A stretch of DNA of 64,000 nt from an uncultured Candidatus Bathyarchaeia archaeon (GTDB lineage Archaea; Thermoproteota; Bathyarchaeia; Bathyarchaeales; Bathycorpusculaceae). This document shows, piece by piece, positions 1 to 10,216 of this stretch; the first letter of the stretch is position 1, and each line of letters starts with the position of its first letter. The position numbers and the translations under genes are program-made. The stretch lies in NCBI GenBank assembly GCA_964487415.1, contig CAZAPQ010000126.1, forward strand, positions 2,320 through 66,319. Reading direction: 5' to 3'. The notes under the pieces are model-generated. The model was not told where the DNA came from, searched no databases, and saw only the letters and a program-made list of their open reading frames with translations.

Positions 1-747
1 GGTAAGGATTTCCCGCCGGAGGAAGTTATTAAGGCTGCGGGGGATAACGGCTGCCAAGGGATAAGTTACACATATACGGAACCTACAATATTCTTTGAAT
101 ATGCCTACGAGACAGCTAGGCTTGCGCGTCAAGTTGGATTCTTCAACACGTTTGTAACAAACGGGTATATGACCCCCGAGGCCGTTAAGATCATTGCGCC
201 CTACTTGGACGCCGCCACTGTGGACTTTAAGGGCGGAGGCGATCCAGAATTTTACAAAAAATTTTCATCAGTGCCTTCGGTTGAACCAATTTTCGAAGCC
301 TTGAAGGAATTTAAGCGGAATGATGTACACATAGAGATAACAAACCTTGTTGTGCCGAAAGAAGGCGATTCTATCGAGCAGATTAGGAAACTTGCGGCAT
401 GGGTAAAGGATAATTTAGGCGAGGATACACCATTCCATCTATTACGTTTTCATCCAGACTACCAATTAACAACAATTCCATCTACACCTATCCAGACGTT
501 AGAAAGGGCTTACGTAGCTGTAAAGAGCGTCGGCCTAAATTATGTTTACATTGGGAATGTTCCAGGTCATCCTGCCGAGAATACTTACTGTCCAAGCTGT
601 AACGAACTTTTAATTAAACGTTATGGCTTTGAAATTACAAGGTGGAACCTTAAGGGTGATATGCGCTGCCCAGTTTGCGATAGGGAGATCCCAATAAAGG
701 GTAAACTGCATGCAAGCGGATTTTCCTATCCCTATGCCCTATTTTAA
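1..747 (+). CDS. AmmeMemoRadiSam-type radical SAM enzyme (PflA-like activase), C-terminal part; the 5' end lies outside the window
   Basis: Frame 1 is open from nt 1 (GKDFPPEEVIKAAG..SYTYTEPTIFFEYAYETARLA..FVTNGYMTPEA). The FHPDY..NTYCPSCNELLIKRYGF..CPVCD tail is typical of this family. Stop TAA at 745-747. Confidence 0.75.
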   Translation, partial: GKDFPPEEVIKAAGDNGCQGISYTYTEPTIFFEYAYETARLARQVGFFNTFVTNGYMTPEAVKIIAPYLDAATVDFKGGGDPEFYKKFSSVPSVEPIFEALKEFKRNDVHIEITNLVVPKEGDSIEQIRKLAAWVKDNLGEDTPFHLLRFHPDYQLTTIPSTPIQTLERAYVAVKSVGLNYVYIGNVPGHPAENTYCPSCNELLIKRYGFEITRWNLKGDMRCPVCDREIPIKGKLHASGFSYPYALF

Positions 748-763
748 AGGTTAAGTTTTACGG

Positions 764-1861
764 TTGATAGTTATGTGGAAGATGCTCCGCCCGGATGCTG
801 TTGCGGTGTTAAGTGATGAACTGGCGAAGAAAAGTTTAGCCAGGTATTTTGCTGTAATGCAGAATGAAAAGTTGGCAAGGTTCATCCTGGCAAAGATGCT
901 TCCAGCCGATTTTGATGAAAACTCGTCTATGGAGGAGCTTTGGAAAAAACATGATGAACTCACAAGAACCTTCTACAACTTTGAAAAGGAACTCGATGCG
1001 CAGGAAAAACCGCCATCCGCATCCTTCGCTGAAAGATCCTATTTAGACTTGAAAATTGAAATTTCACGGCGGATTCTTGAAAGGTGCCACTTTTGTGTTC
1101 GAAAATGCGGTGTAAATAGGCTTAAAGGTCAGCTAGGTTTTTGCAGATGTGGAAAAGAAATCAAGGTTTCAAGCATCTTTGAGCATGTTGGTGAAGAGCC
1201 CGAATTGGTTCCCTCCGGAACGATTTTCACAATGGGCTGTACTATTCGTTGTAAGCATTGCCAAAACTGGACGATATCCCAGTGGATGGAGAAGGGCGAA
1301 GTCTTCACACCTGAGAGATTGGCGAAAGAAGTAGAATATCTGCGTAATAGCGGCTGCAGAAACGCGAACCTTGTCGGAGGCGAACCTACACCGTGGCTGG
1401 AACAATGGTTTGAGACATTCAAGCATGTGAATGTTAACATTCCAGTGGTTTGGAATTCCAACACCTATTATAGCCCTGAAACCGCTCAGCTCCTAGCTGG
1501 CTTTGTGGACGTTTACCTTCTGGACTTTAAGTATGGACCCGGAAAATGTGCGGAAAGAATTTCAGAGGCTCCAAATTATTGGAATATATGCACATACAAT
1601 CATTTAATTGCGAAAAAGTACGGCGAACTCATAATCCGTGTGCTTGTGCTGCCGGGTCACCTTGAATGTTGCACGCGTCCCATATTAAATTGGATAGCTG
1701 AAAATTTGGATAAAGAAACAAGAGTGAACATTATGTTCCAGTATAGGCCGGAATGGCGGGCTTATGAGATTCCCGAGTTAAGGCGAAGGTTGACAAGAAA
1801 TGAGATGGACGCTGCCATAATGATGGCGAAGGAGATCGGGTTAAAAAACTTCATAACCTAA
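764..1861 (+). CDS. Radical SAM protein, PflX-like (pyruvate formate-lyase activase-related)
   Basis: 365 aa. N-terminal Cys cluster CHFCVRKCGVNRLKGQLGFCRCG plus radical-SAM motif CTIRCKHCQNW. Confidence 0.7.
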   Translation: MIVMWKMLRPDAVAVLSDELAKKSLARYFAVMQNEKLARFILAKMLPADFDENSSMEELWKKHDELTRTFYNFEKELDAQEKPPSASFAERSYLDLKIEISRRILERCHFCVRKCGVNRLKGQLGFCRCGKEIKVSSIFEHVGEEPELVPSGTIFTMGCTIRCKHCQNWTISQWMEKGEVFTPERLAKEVEYLRNSGCRNANLVGGEPTPWLEQWFETFKHVNVNIPVVWNSNTYYSPETAQLLAGFVDVYLLDFKYGPGKCAERISEAPNYWNICTYNHLIAKKYGELIIRVLVLPGHLECCTRPILNWIAENLDKETRVNIMFQYRPEWRAYEIPELRRRLTRNEMDAAIMMAKEIGLKNFIT

Positions 1862-1918
1862 TCTTCAACGAAAGATATTTCTTAAAGGCCGCCCAACTCT
1901 ATGCAGACAGTGGTTTAA

Positions 1919-2125
1919 ATGCCCTATTGTCCAGAATGCGGTGGAGAAATGCGTTATATGCCGGCCATAAAACAGTATGTTTGCCAAAGCTGCGGCTTAT
2001 CTGTAACACAACAGGAACTTATAGAGTTAAGGGAAAAGTTGAAAGCTCCTTCCATGGGCAACGAAGAGGAAAAGGAAAAAAGAAGAAAAGAATACTTAAA
2101 ATGGTGGCTTAGCAAGAAAAAATGA
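1919..2125 (+). CDS. Small zinc-ribbon protein (UPF0148/SSSCA1-like)
   Basis: 68 aa with two CxxC pairs (CPECG..CQSCG) and a Lys/Glu-rich tail. Confidence 0.45.
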   Translation: MPYCPECGGEMRYMPAIKQYVCQSCGLSVTQQELIELREKLKAPSMGNEEEKEKRRKEYLKWWLSKKK

Positions 2126-2179
2126 TCTTTTAGAATGGCTGGCATGCTTTTTAAGCCTTTATTGTAGAAGGTAGCACAC

Positions 2180-3061
2180 ATGAGTGTGAATATGGAAATA
2201 ATATGTATAGGCAACGAGCTTTTAATAGGTAAAATTTTAAACACGAATGCCCAGTGGATAGCTAGACGCGCAACCTCACTGGGAGTAATTGTTAAAAGGA
2301 TAACTGTGGTTAGCGACGACGTTGAGGAGATAGCGTCGGCAGTAAAAGAGGCTGTTCAGCGGAAGTCACGTTTTATAATAACTACTGGTGGGCTAGGCCC
2401 AACTTTTGATGACAAGACCTTGGAGGGTATAGCAAAAGCTCTAAATCGAGAGTTGAAAATGAATGAAAAAGCCTTAAAAATGGTTAAAGAAAAATATGAA
2501 TCTTATTTTAAGGCTGGAAAGATGGAAGAGGCTGAAATAACTCCTTACAGGGCTAAGATGGCTATGCTTCCCGAAGGAGCTGAACCCTTGCCAAACCCCG
2601 TAGGAACGGCGCCAGGGGTCCTAATCAATACAATGGGTTCCCTTCTGATAGCTCTTCCCGGGGTCCCCCATGAAATGGAGGCTATTTTTGAGAGTTCTAT
2701 TGTTCCTCTACTTAAGAAAGAATCTAAAGGACTAACATTCTTTGAGACAAGCCTGAATATTGATGGTATTATGGAGTCAACTCTGGCCCCTCTAATAGAG
2801 ATTACAATGCGTGATAATCCATATGTCTACATAAAGTCCCATCCAAGAGGTGGGGAGAGAAAGCCCCATATGGAAGTTCATTTGTCAACTATAGCTGAGA
2901 ACTCTGAAATCGCAAGGACGCGTCTAGGAAAGGCCGCTATTCAGCTTTCGGAACTTGTTAAGGAGAAGGGTGGAAGGGTCAGAACGTCTGGTTCCAGTAA
3001 AGCTTATTCCTTGCCTTGTGCTGAAACTCTTGGTTGCGATGAGGGGCAGGCTAGACGCTGA
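2180..3061 (+). CDS. CinA-like MoCF-binding (MoaB/Mog-fold) domain protein
   Basis: EIICIGNELLIGKILNTNAQW..ITTGGLGPTFDD motifs. GAAGGT lies 7 nt upstream of the ATG. Confidence 0.7.
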   Translation: MSVNMEIICIGNELLIGKILNTNAQWIARRATSLGVIVKRITVVSDDVEEIASAVKEAVQRKSRFIITTGGLGPTFDDKTLEGIAKALNRELKMNEKALKMVKEKYESYFKAGKMEEAEITPYRAKMAMLPEGAEPLPNPVGTAPGVLINTMGSLLIALPGVPHEMEAIFESSIVPLLKKESKGLTFFETSLNIDGIMESTLAPLIEITMRDNPYVYIKSHPRGGERKPHMEVHLSTIAENSEIARTRLGKAAIQLSELVKEKGGRVRTSGSSKAYSLPCAETLGCDEGQARR

Positions 3062-3169
3062 TTTGATGATGGAAAATCCGGGTGACTTGAGCAACCGTCA
3101 CCAATTCTGGGGAAAGCTTTTACCCTTAAGTTTGGATTTTTACTTTTACTCAAAATCTGGTGAGCATAA

Positions 3170-3931
3170 ATGTTTACAGTGTTCTTCATTGGAATGGCGG
3201 GCTCCGGAAAATCATCCCTTACAGCAGCCTTCGGAGAATGGTTGCGACTGTCAAAGCAAGATGTTGCGCTTGTGAATTTGGATCCAGGAGCCTTGGCCCT
3301 TCCATACTCGCCTGATGTGGATGCTCGTGATTATATAAGCATAGAAAGAATTATGGAAGAATATAACCTTGGACCCAACGGCGCCTTGATTATGGCTGCC
3401 GATTTATTGGCGGATGAAATTGATGTGATTTCAAAGGAGATAGAAGACTTAAAGTCAGACATAGTTTTAGTTGACACGCCGGGTCAGATGGAATTGTTTG
3501 CTTTTAGGGCAAGCGGCCCATTCATAGTGAGCGAACTCGCAAAGGGTCCAAAAGCGATAGTATACCTTTTTGACGCTGTTTTCTCCTCAAATCCCTTAAA
3601 CTATGTGTCAAATCTTTTCTTGGCATCTGCTGTTTATACCCGGTTTTTTGTTCCTCAACTTCATGTTCTCTCAAAATGTGACATGCTTTCAGAAGAGGAT
3701 GTAAACAAGATCGTTGACTGGTCTGTCAGCCCAAAGTCTATTGAAAGTGCCATCGAGGAAAAACTTGAAGGTACAAAGAGGCTTCTTAGCAGGAATATGA
3801 TGCGGGCAATAATCCAGCTTGGCTTAAGATTTCCACTAATCCCAGTATCATCAAAAACCAATGAAGGGATGATAAACTTCAATATGGCGTTAGAACGCAT
3901 CCTTGCAGGAGGGGATAAATACACCTACTAG
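3170..3931 (+). CDS. GPN-loop GTPase
   Basis: P-loop GMAGSGKSS, GPNGA (the GPN motif), DTPGQMELF; 253 aa. Confidence 0.8.
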   Translation: MFTVFFIGMAGSGKSSLTAAFGEWLRLSKQDVALVNLDPGALALPYSPDVDARDYISIERIMEEYNLGPNGALIMAADLLADEIDVISKEIEDLKSDIVLVDTPGQMELFAFRASGPFIVSELAKGPKAIVYLFDAVFSSNPLNYVSNLFLASAVYTRFFVPQLHVLSKCDMLSEEDVNKIVDWSVSPKSIESAIEEKLEGTKRLLSRNMMRAIIQLGLRFPLIPVSSKTNEGMINFNMALERILAGGDKYTY

Positions 3932-3950
3932 CATGGTGGTTTCTATGTCA

Positions 3951-4577
3951 TTAATCTTCGAGAAGAGTCCAAAAAGCCGCCATGGCCCCATACCTAGCTG
4001 TATGTAGATCGTCAGCGCCTGCGACTACTATGACGTCATTTTCATTTGGTTTGAAGAGCTTAATAATTTGTTCTGCAAGTTTCGGAAAATCCTTTGAAAC
4101 GTCATCGCTTACGGATGGAATAATCAAGCGTTCGCCCTTAAATATTATCACAGCAGCACCTTTTGCTCCAACCTTTATTGCAGCATCACGCTGTTCTATT
4201 CCTGACTTAACTTTGTAGTCCAGTTTCCTAACCAGTATTGCAAAATTGCGATTTGCGTTTATCAGTTTGTCCCCTTCAATTTCCCCCTCTCCGCCAAGAA
4301 TTTCTTTAAATTCCTTCCAAATTTTTTCGCCCTTACTGGTAAGCTTACAACCCGCCTTCGAAGTTATAATCAAGCTTTCATCCTTTAATCTTTTAATTAT
4401 TGTGCGAATCGCGCCCGGGCCAACTTTTAATTCTGTGGCAAGTCTTCCACGTCCTATTGGGCCTTCGGCTATAAGCTTTAAAGAATACAGCAAATGCAGT
4501 GCAGAAAATGTTGGAGTTGGACCTGGGGCTTTCTCGCTGGCAAGTTTCTCTAAAAAATCTTTTAATTTAACTGGCAT
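3951..4577 (-). CDS. Winged-helix protein with uncharacterised C-terminal domain (DUF4443-like)
   Basis: 208 aa. wHTH-like GRGRLATELKVGPGAIRTIIKRLKDESLI. The family assignment is from memory only. Confidence 0.45.
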   Translation of the reverse strand: MPVKLKDFLEKLASEKAPGPTPTFSALHLLYSLKLIAEGPIGRGRLATELKVGPGAIRTIIKRLKDESLIITSKAGCKLTSKGEKIWKEFKEILGGEGEIEGDKLINANRNFAILVRKLDYKVKSGIEQRDAAIKVGAKGAAVIIFKGERLIIPSVSDDVSKDFPKLAEQIIKLFKPNENDVIVVAGADDLHTARYGAMAAFWTLLED

Positions 4578-4654
4578 TAAACTTCACGTAACAATTTTAG
4601 CCATTTTTGGTTATTAAAATTATCTGAAATTATTTTCACGCGCTTTTTTCAACA

Positions 4655-5863
4655 CTAGCAAACTGATATTTTTCCCTCAGCTAATTCCATGCAGAATTTA
4701 TCTATATTTTCGAGTTCATATTCTATTACCGCAGCTATTTTGCTTCTAACCTCATCAATCAAAGAAGGTTCTTCTGCAACAACTTGGGCAGCTGCCACTG
4801 CTGGCTGGTCTATGGGCTGACCTATCCTGCTAAGGAGCCATATGTAAACTTCCTTAAGTCCAGGTATTTCCTCATAGATATGTTGGGCAATTTTGAAGGT
4901 TAAAACGTTATAGATCTTTCCAACATGGCTTACTGGATTTTTGCCTGCCGCCGCCTCTGAGCAGAAGGGTCTGTTCAAAGATATTAACCCATTAACGCGA
5001 TTTCCTCTGCCAACCTGCCCAGAATCTCCACTGTCTGCGCTTGTGCCCAGAACTGTTAAGTACAAGCCGCCTAAACCCCTGCCCCGTGCATCCAACGTGT
5101 TTAGCTGTATGTTTACATTGTCAAAGTCCGTATTTTTATTGACGAACTTGTTAATCTCCTCAAGAATTTTTGCCTTTTTCTCGAAGTAGTCCTCTTCGCT
5201 GTATATGAAACGGTCTACTAGGGCCATGGAAACTGTAAGATTCAAGCTGTTATTGTTCCTGTAGCCCATTACCTTTATGTCTTCACCGGACTCTGGGAAT
5301 CTTTGCTTGAATTCCTTAGAATTCAGAAATCTTTCAGTTTCTAGAACCGTCTTTTCCGTTTTGGTCATGGGTGCATAACCCACTGCCGCTGAGGTGTCAT
5401 TAGCCCCTAAAATTTTTCCCTTTCTTTTGAAAATATCAACAAGACCTGATGATCCAGGTTTCAGTTCCACCTGATACCTCACATGTTTTTCAGGATCCAC
5501 AAATCTCATATTCTTTTTGAACCATTCCTTTGCAACACTTATGGCTATTTCCTTAACATCAATCTTTATCCCGTCAAACTCTGTAGTAGCCCTGTCGCCG
5601 AATATGAAGAGCATAGGCTGAATTACGGAACCTCCGCCAAATTTATTTTCGGATTGCCCTGCAACTAGCAGAGATTTATCCACGTTATGATGTAATATTG
5701 TGCCCGCCTTTTCCATGTATTCTTTGCTTAAACGTTGGGAAATTTTTTCCATAATTGCATCGCAGATATAATCCGGATGGCCCAGGCCTTTTCTTTCAAC
5801 AATTTCAAGCTTTTGTTTTTCGATGGGTGTCTGCCTCAAACTTTCAACTATTATGTTTCGCAA
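4655..5863 (-). CDS. metK: S-adenosylmethionine synthetase, archaeal type
   Basis: 402 aa. N-terminal VERKGLGHPDYICDAIME and overall archaeal MAT layout. GGAGGATTAAC Shine-Dalgarno upstream. Confidence 0.9.
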   Translation of the reverse strand: MRNIIVESLRQTPIEKQKLEIVERKGLGHPDYICDAIMEKISQRLSKEYMEKAGTILHHNVDKSLLVAGQSENKFGGGSVIQPMLFIFGDRATTEFDGIKIDVKEIAISVAKEWFKKNMRFVDPEKHVRYQVELKPGSSGLVDIFKRKGKILGANDTSAAVGYAPMTKTEKTVLETERFLNSKEFKQRFPESGEDIKVMGYRNNNSLNLTVSMALVDRFIYSEEDYFEKKAKILEEINKFVNKNTDFDNVNIQLNTLDARGRGLGGLYLTVLGTSADSGDSGQVGRGNRVNGLISLNRPFCSEAAAGKNPVSHVGKIYNVLTFKIAQHIYEEIPGLKEVYIWLLSRIGQPIDQPAVAAAQVVAEEPSLIDEVRSKIAAVIEYELENIDKFCMELAEGKISVC

Positions 5864-6033
5864 GTTAATCCTCCTACAAGGATTTCAACGTAATGCAAAA
5901 GTAGATATATGTTTTGCCGTTCTCATGCCAAGGGGTAACGCCTTTTTATTTGATCATTTAAAATAAAGTGATGGAGGTGCTTTAGATATCTCTTAATGGT
6001 TTTAATAAACTTACGGAAAGGGCTGTTAGTCTT

Positions 6034-7179
6034 TTGAGGCAGGAGCAGCCTAACGAGGTTTTGGTGGTTCACCACGATGATGCAGATGGTCTATGCTCCG
6101 CCGCAATATTGAAGGAGGCGTTAGAGATTGAAGGCTTTAAGGTTTTAACGCTGTGCCTTGAAAAGGTCTACCCGGAAGTTATAGCCGATTTACATTCCAA
6201 GGGCAACTCTGTAATATTATATGCTGATATAGGGTCTTCTCACGCGGACATGATATCAGACTTCAACCAAGGGCGCACCCTGACAATAATCCTTGATCAT
6301 CATGATCCAAAAGTTTCGATGGATCCGAGGGTTTTAGATTTAAACCTTGAGAATTTTGGCTTTAAAGGTGAAACAGATTTTTCTGGGGCTACGTGCTGCT
6401 ATCTTTTTGCCAGAGCATTAAACGAAAAGAATTCGGATCTAGACTATTTGGCATTGGTTGGAAGCTTTGAAATTCCTGAGGGATACAAGTCAATAAATAA
6501 GGCAATTTTGGAGGAAGCAATAAAAAGTAATAGAATAGTAAGAAAAGGAAAAAGTTTTGAAATTGCAAAATTAGGCATAAATGTGGACGCACTGTTCTCT
6601 AGGCTTCAAATTCTGGGAGCAGTCGGCTATTACATGGGTGGTCCTGATCTTGGCTTGGAATTATGCATAAAAGGAATAAGTCCCGAAGCAGATGAGAAAA
6701 TTTCAGAGCTTGAAAACAGGCGCAAAGAGGCTAATCGGAGGCTTCTGGGGAGACTTTACAGAGAAAGGCTTCGGGAGACAGAGTATATTCAATGGTTTGA
6801 TGCTGGAAACATTTATGCTGGCATGGGCACAAAGGTGATTGGGCAGTTCTGCTCATTTCTTTCATATCAAACGCGCCTTATAAAATCCGACAAGTACATT
6901 CTTGGACTTGTCGGTGTGCCGCCGGAGATTCCGAAATGGGGGAAATTAAGCGAATCATTCGTGAAAGCTTCCTTAAGGGTGCCAAAGCAAATGCAAAGGT
7001 TCATTGATGATGGAAGGATGCTGGGGGCTGTAAACCTTCTGGTTAGGGCTTCCGAGGGTTTCGGGGTGGCTGACGGCCATCAATATGCTGCAAGCGTTAT
7101 AGTGCCAGCTGATAAGAAAATGGCCCTCATAAAAAATGCCGAGAATGTTGCCAAGAGCTATACTAAAAACCGGACTTAA
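6034..7179 (+). CDS. DHH-family phosphoesterase (RecJ-like paralogue)
   Basis: VVHHDDADGLCSAAIL and ILDHHD motifs; TTG start; 381 aa. Confidence 0.65.
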   Translation: MRQEQPNEVLVVHHDDADGLCSAAILKEALEIEGFKVLTLCLEKVYPEVIADLHSKGNSVILYADIGSSHADMISDFNQGRTLTIILDHHDPKVSMDPRVLDLNLENFGFKGETDFSGATCCYLFARALNEKNSDLDYLALVGSFEIPEGYKSINKAILEEAIKSNRIVRKGKSFEIAKLGINVDALFSRLQILGAVGYYMGGPDLGLELCIKGISPEADEKISELENRRKEANRRLLGRLYRERLRETEYIQWFDAGNIYAGMGTKVIGQFCSFLSYQTRLIKSDKYILGLVGVPPEIPKWGKLSESFVKASLRVPKQMQRFIDDGRMLGAVNLLVRASEGFGVADGHQYAASVIVPADKKMALIKNAENVAKSYTKNRT

Positions 7180-8518
7180 CCGGGTTACGCGTTTTCATTA
7201 TTTCCCTTAGCAGAACCGTTGCATAGGAACCTCTGTGCAGCATGAAGCTTGTTTTCACCTTCCACTTTGCCGTGTTGACTTCATCCCTAGATATTTCATT
7301 CAGTGAAAAATTGTTCAATGGAGCTATGATCGACCTAATCCCCCCTTTTAAGCTTATTTCAGGCATTTCCTTAATTTTGAAATTTTCATGCGATATTCCT
7401 TCTTCTTCAAGTATTTGTCTTTTAATCTCTTCCTGAATGCCTTGGGAAAATTTCTGTCTAAAACCTATGAGTGGTAAAGCTACACGCTTTCTTCCAGATG
7501 CTATCATGGCGTTCAAATCGGATATGGTGCTTTGGCTTGCAATGGTGTAAATTTTCGGGACTGGTAGGCCCGAGGCTTCAATGCTAATAACGTAGTCGCC
7601 AACTTCCGCCCTATTTAGGGCAAGGCCCATAGAGATTCTTCTACTTAAAATTCTATTGAAAAGGTAAGACTGATAAGCTTGGACGAAGAGTCTAAGGAGT
7701 TTCCTAGGTAGTCTTCTAAGCGCCCCTATAAAATCACATGGTCTTTTGGTCAAATGTTTTAGCATAACCCGTTCGTAGTGAAGCCTTTTGGGGAAATTAT
7801 TTAGCGCTTCTTGGAAGTTTTGGGTTTTCCAAAGTTGTTTACGTGTCTCCTTTAAAGATGGTTTTTCATAAGGACCTGGTTTGGCTAGAAAGACCATGGC
7901 TGCCTTTCTGAAGTTTCCTTGGATCAGAGCTTTCCCCACTAGATGCGTTATTGGTCTGATTGTGCCGAATCTCTGGTGGCCGAAAAAATTTGGAATGCCG
8001 CCGATTAATGTTATTTCCTCTAAATTTCTTTTTAGACGTTCTTCTATCGTTGTTTTAGAATGGCTTATTCCTCTAATAGTCACCACGAAGTGATTCCCTA
8101 AGAGGTAATATTGTGAGAGTTGGCTACGGAAATATGTGACCGGGTGAACTTCAACATCTTTAATATGGATTTTTTGAAGGTTCCCTATTGAAACGCCCTT
8201 AAAGGTTACATGCTGCGCTGTAACAGCTTTTTTGTCCTTAATTCCCGCAACATGCACGTCGCTGGGACGTATACCCAATTGTCTGGCTATATCTTCAAGC
8301 GTCAAAAGTGTGTCTCTATTCCGTTTTACGAGAACACAGAGTAAATATTTCCATTCTGGAATTTGGGATAAACCGCTTAAATTCAAGGGCTCTTTCTTTT
8401 GGACTTCCGCCTTTAAGCCATTCACAAGAATTTCCTCGACAATAAAATCTTCCAAATAATGTTTTATTTTTCCCCCAATTCCCTGGGATTTTGTCGCATA
8501 GACTTCCATGCCCATCAA
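7163..8518 (-). CDS. truD: tRNA pseudouridine synthase TruD/Pus7 family
   Basis: 451 aa. N-terminal GIGGKIKHYLEDFIVEEI and GIKDKKAVTAQ motifs. Confidence 0.85.
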   Translation of the reverse strand: MMGMEVYATKSQGIGGKIKHYLEDFIVEEILVNGLKAEVQKKEPLNLSGLSQIPEWKYLLCVLVKRNRDTLLTLEDIARQLGIRPSDVHVAGIKDKKAVTAQHVTFKGVSIGNLQKIHIKDVEVHPVTYFRSQLSQYYLLGNHFVVTIRGISHSKTTIEERLKRNLEEITLIGGIPNFFGHQRFGTIRPITHLVGKALIQGNFRKAAMVFLAKPGPYEKPSLKETRKQLWKTQNFQEALNNFPKRLHYERVMLKHLTKRPCDFIGALRRLPRKLLRLFVQAYQSYLFNRILSRRISMGLALNRAEVGDYVISIEASGLPVPKIYTIASQSTISDLNAMIASGRKRVALPLIGFRQKFSQGIQEEIKRQILEEEGISHENFKIKEMPEISLKGGIRSIIAPLNNFSLNEISRDEVNTAKWKVKTSFMLHRGSYATVLLREIMKTRNPVKSGF

Positions 8519-8556
8519 TTTTTCAATTTTAGGAACCTGCAGAATCTCGCCCTCTT

Positions 8557-8925
8557 TTATAAGAGTGGAAGTGTACCCGTTATTCTATCTATTTTCTCTG
8601 CGGGCGCAGGGCCTATTCCCAGACATGTTACTGTGCCAGGTGGAATTTCCGTCAAACCCCTGTCGACAATCAGCGCACATGGTAAGGACGATTCCCTTGC
8701 TCTTTTTTCAAGTTCTAAAAGTTCTTTTTCGCTTTTTACCTTGACCACTATTTTGCACTGTCCCTCATCCATCCAACCCTCCCACCACTCTTTGTTTCTT
8801 TTCCTTGTTTCCTCTGCCGCAGACACAGCTGCATGACCTGCCTGAGCTGCCATTTTGCCTTTACTTAACTTTAAATCTGAACGGAAGACAATAACCTGTT
8901 TAAAGCGAAATTCAGCCATGCGCAA
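8557..8925 (-). CDS. pth2: Peptidyl-tRNA hydrolase, archaeal Pth2 type
   Basis: 122 aa. KQVIVFRSDLKLSKGKMAAQAGHAAV..DRGLTEIPPGTVTCLGIGP. Confidence 0.85.
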   Translation of the reverse strand: MRMAEFRFKQVIVFRSDLKLSKGKMAAQAGHAAVSAAEETRKRNKEWWEGWMDEGQCKIVVKVKSEKELLELEKRARESSLPCALIVDRGLTEIPPGTVTCLGIGPAPAEKIDRITGTLPLL

Positions 8926-8961
8926 ACCGCCAAACTGTTTGAAAATGTCTATTGAAAAACT

Positions 8962-10191
8962 TTAATTTTTGCTTGGCAAACAAGCTGCTACAATGAAATG
9001 CGCCATGGCGAGAAAAATCCTTGGATTTTTTATGGCTTTAAGAATAGCCTGTCCTTGAAAATCTATTTCGCTAAATTCCTTTACACTATTTTCCAGCTGG
9101 AATTTTTTGCAAAACCTTATAAATCCATCTAATTTTTTATCAGGCATCCTATCTAGCATCTTTCTAATCATTAGCATTGCTTTCATGTCAAATTTCATCA
9201 GTTTTTTAATCCTTTTTTGATAGTCCATAAGTGTCTCCGCGGAGAAATCGTCATCATTTAATGCCTTTTGAATAACATCTGCTGCTATCTTTGCACAGTT
9301 CAGTCCAAGGATTATTCCGCCTCCTGTTGTTGGTTTAACTTGGGAGGCTGCGTCACCTACAGCCAAAAATCCATTAGAGTAAGCTCTTGGTATGACTCCT
9401 CCGAGTGTTATTGGGTGAAAGGCTTTTTTGAGGATTCTGGCCTCCCGCAACCTTTTGGATGCTACTGGATGCCTATACATAAGTTTCTTAAGAAACTCCT
9501 CAGGGTTCCCCTTCTTAACGGCTAGTCCAATCTTTGCTTTTCCGTCAAGCTTTGGAATAAGCCAAGCGTAAAAGCCCGGCGCATAGGCTTTTCCAAGAAA
9601 AACCTCAACGAAGTCAAGTTCGGCATCGATGTTTTCAGCCTCGGCATGAATTCCATTCACAAAAATGCGTTTTCCAGAATATTTTATTCCAGCCTCGGTC
9701 AGCATTCTCGGCGGAAAACCTTCAGCGTCCACTACAATTTTAGCCAAAACCCTGAATGTTTTATTTTCTCGTTGGGCTTTAACTCCCCTTACGAAGCCAT
9801 TTTCTCTAACCAAAGATTTAACGCGAGTTCCGAGATAGTATATGGCTCCATGCTTTTGGGCTAGGTGTGCAATATGCTTGTCAAACAATTCACGGTTGAC
9901 GGTGCATGTTATTGGCTCATTGAACTTGACGGTTAATTCCTTCCCGTTTGGGGAATAAATTTTCGCGCCCCAAAAGATGTTCTCCACAATATTTTCAGGC
10001 AATGGATAAAGTCCTAACAGTTTTAGGTTTCTAATGCTGATATGGCCAGCACAATGGAATGGAACTCCTATTTCCCGGTGTTCCTCAAAAACAGTTACCT
10101 TAATGCCCCTTTTCGCAAGGTTTAGGGCAGTGAAAGAGCCAGAGGGTCCCCCTCCAATCACGACTACTTCCGAAAAATTTTCCATGACCAA
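8962..10191 (-). CDS. Geranylgeranyl reductase family FAD-dependent oxidoreductase
   Basis: VVVIGGGPSGSFTALNLAKRG dinucleotide-binding motif, GDAASQVKPTTGGGI; 409 aa. Confidence 0.8.
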   Translation of the reverse strand: MVMENFSEVVVIGGGPSGSFTALNLAKRGIKVTVFEEHREIGVPFHCAGHISIRNLKLLGLYPLPENIVENIFWGAKIYSPNGKELTVKFNEPITCTVNRELFDKHIAHLAQKHGAIYYLGTRVKSLVRENGFVRGVKAQRENKTFRVLAKIVVDAEGFPPRMLTEAGIKYSGKRIFVNGIHAEAENIDAELDFVEVFLGKAYAPGFYAWLIPKLDGKAKIGLAVKKGNPEEFLKKLMYRHPVASKRLREARILKKAFHPITLGGVIPRAYSNGFLAVGDAASQVKPTTGGGIILGLNCAKIAADVIQKALNDDDFSAETLMDYQKRIKKLMKFDMKAMLMIRKMLDRMPDKKLDGFIRFCKKFQLENSVKEFSEIDFQGQAILKAIKNPRIFLAMAHFIVAACLPSKN

Positions 10192-10216
10192 CCGCTAATA
10201 TGATCGATTTAAAGTT

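Noticed and set aside
3058-3112. C/D-box sRNA candidate downstream of the CinA-like gene (UUGAUGA ... UGAC ... UUGAGCA ... CUGG).
   Set aside because: The putative D box reads CUGG and the D' box reads UGAC instead of CUGA. The GA needed for the k-turn is missing and there is no terminal stem.
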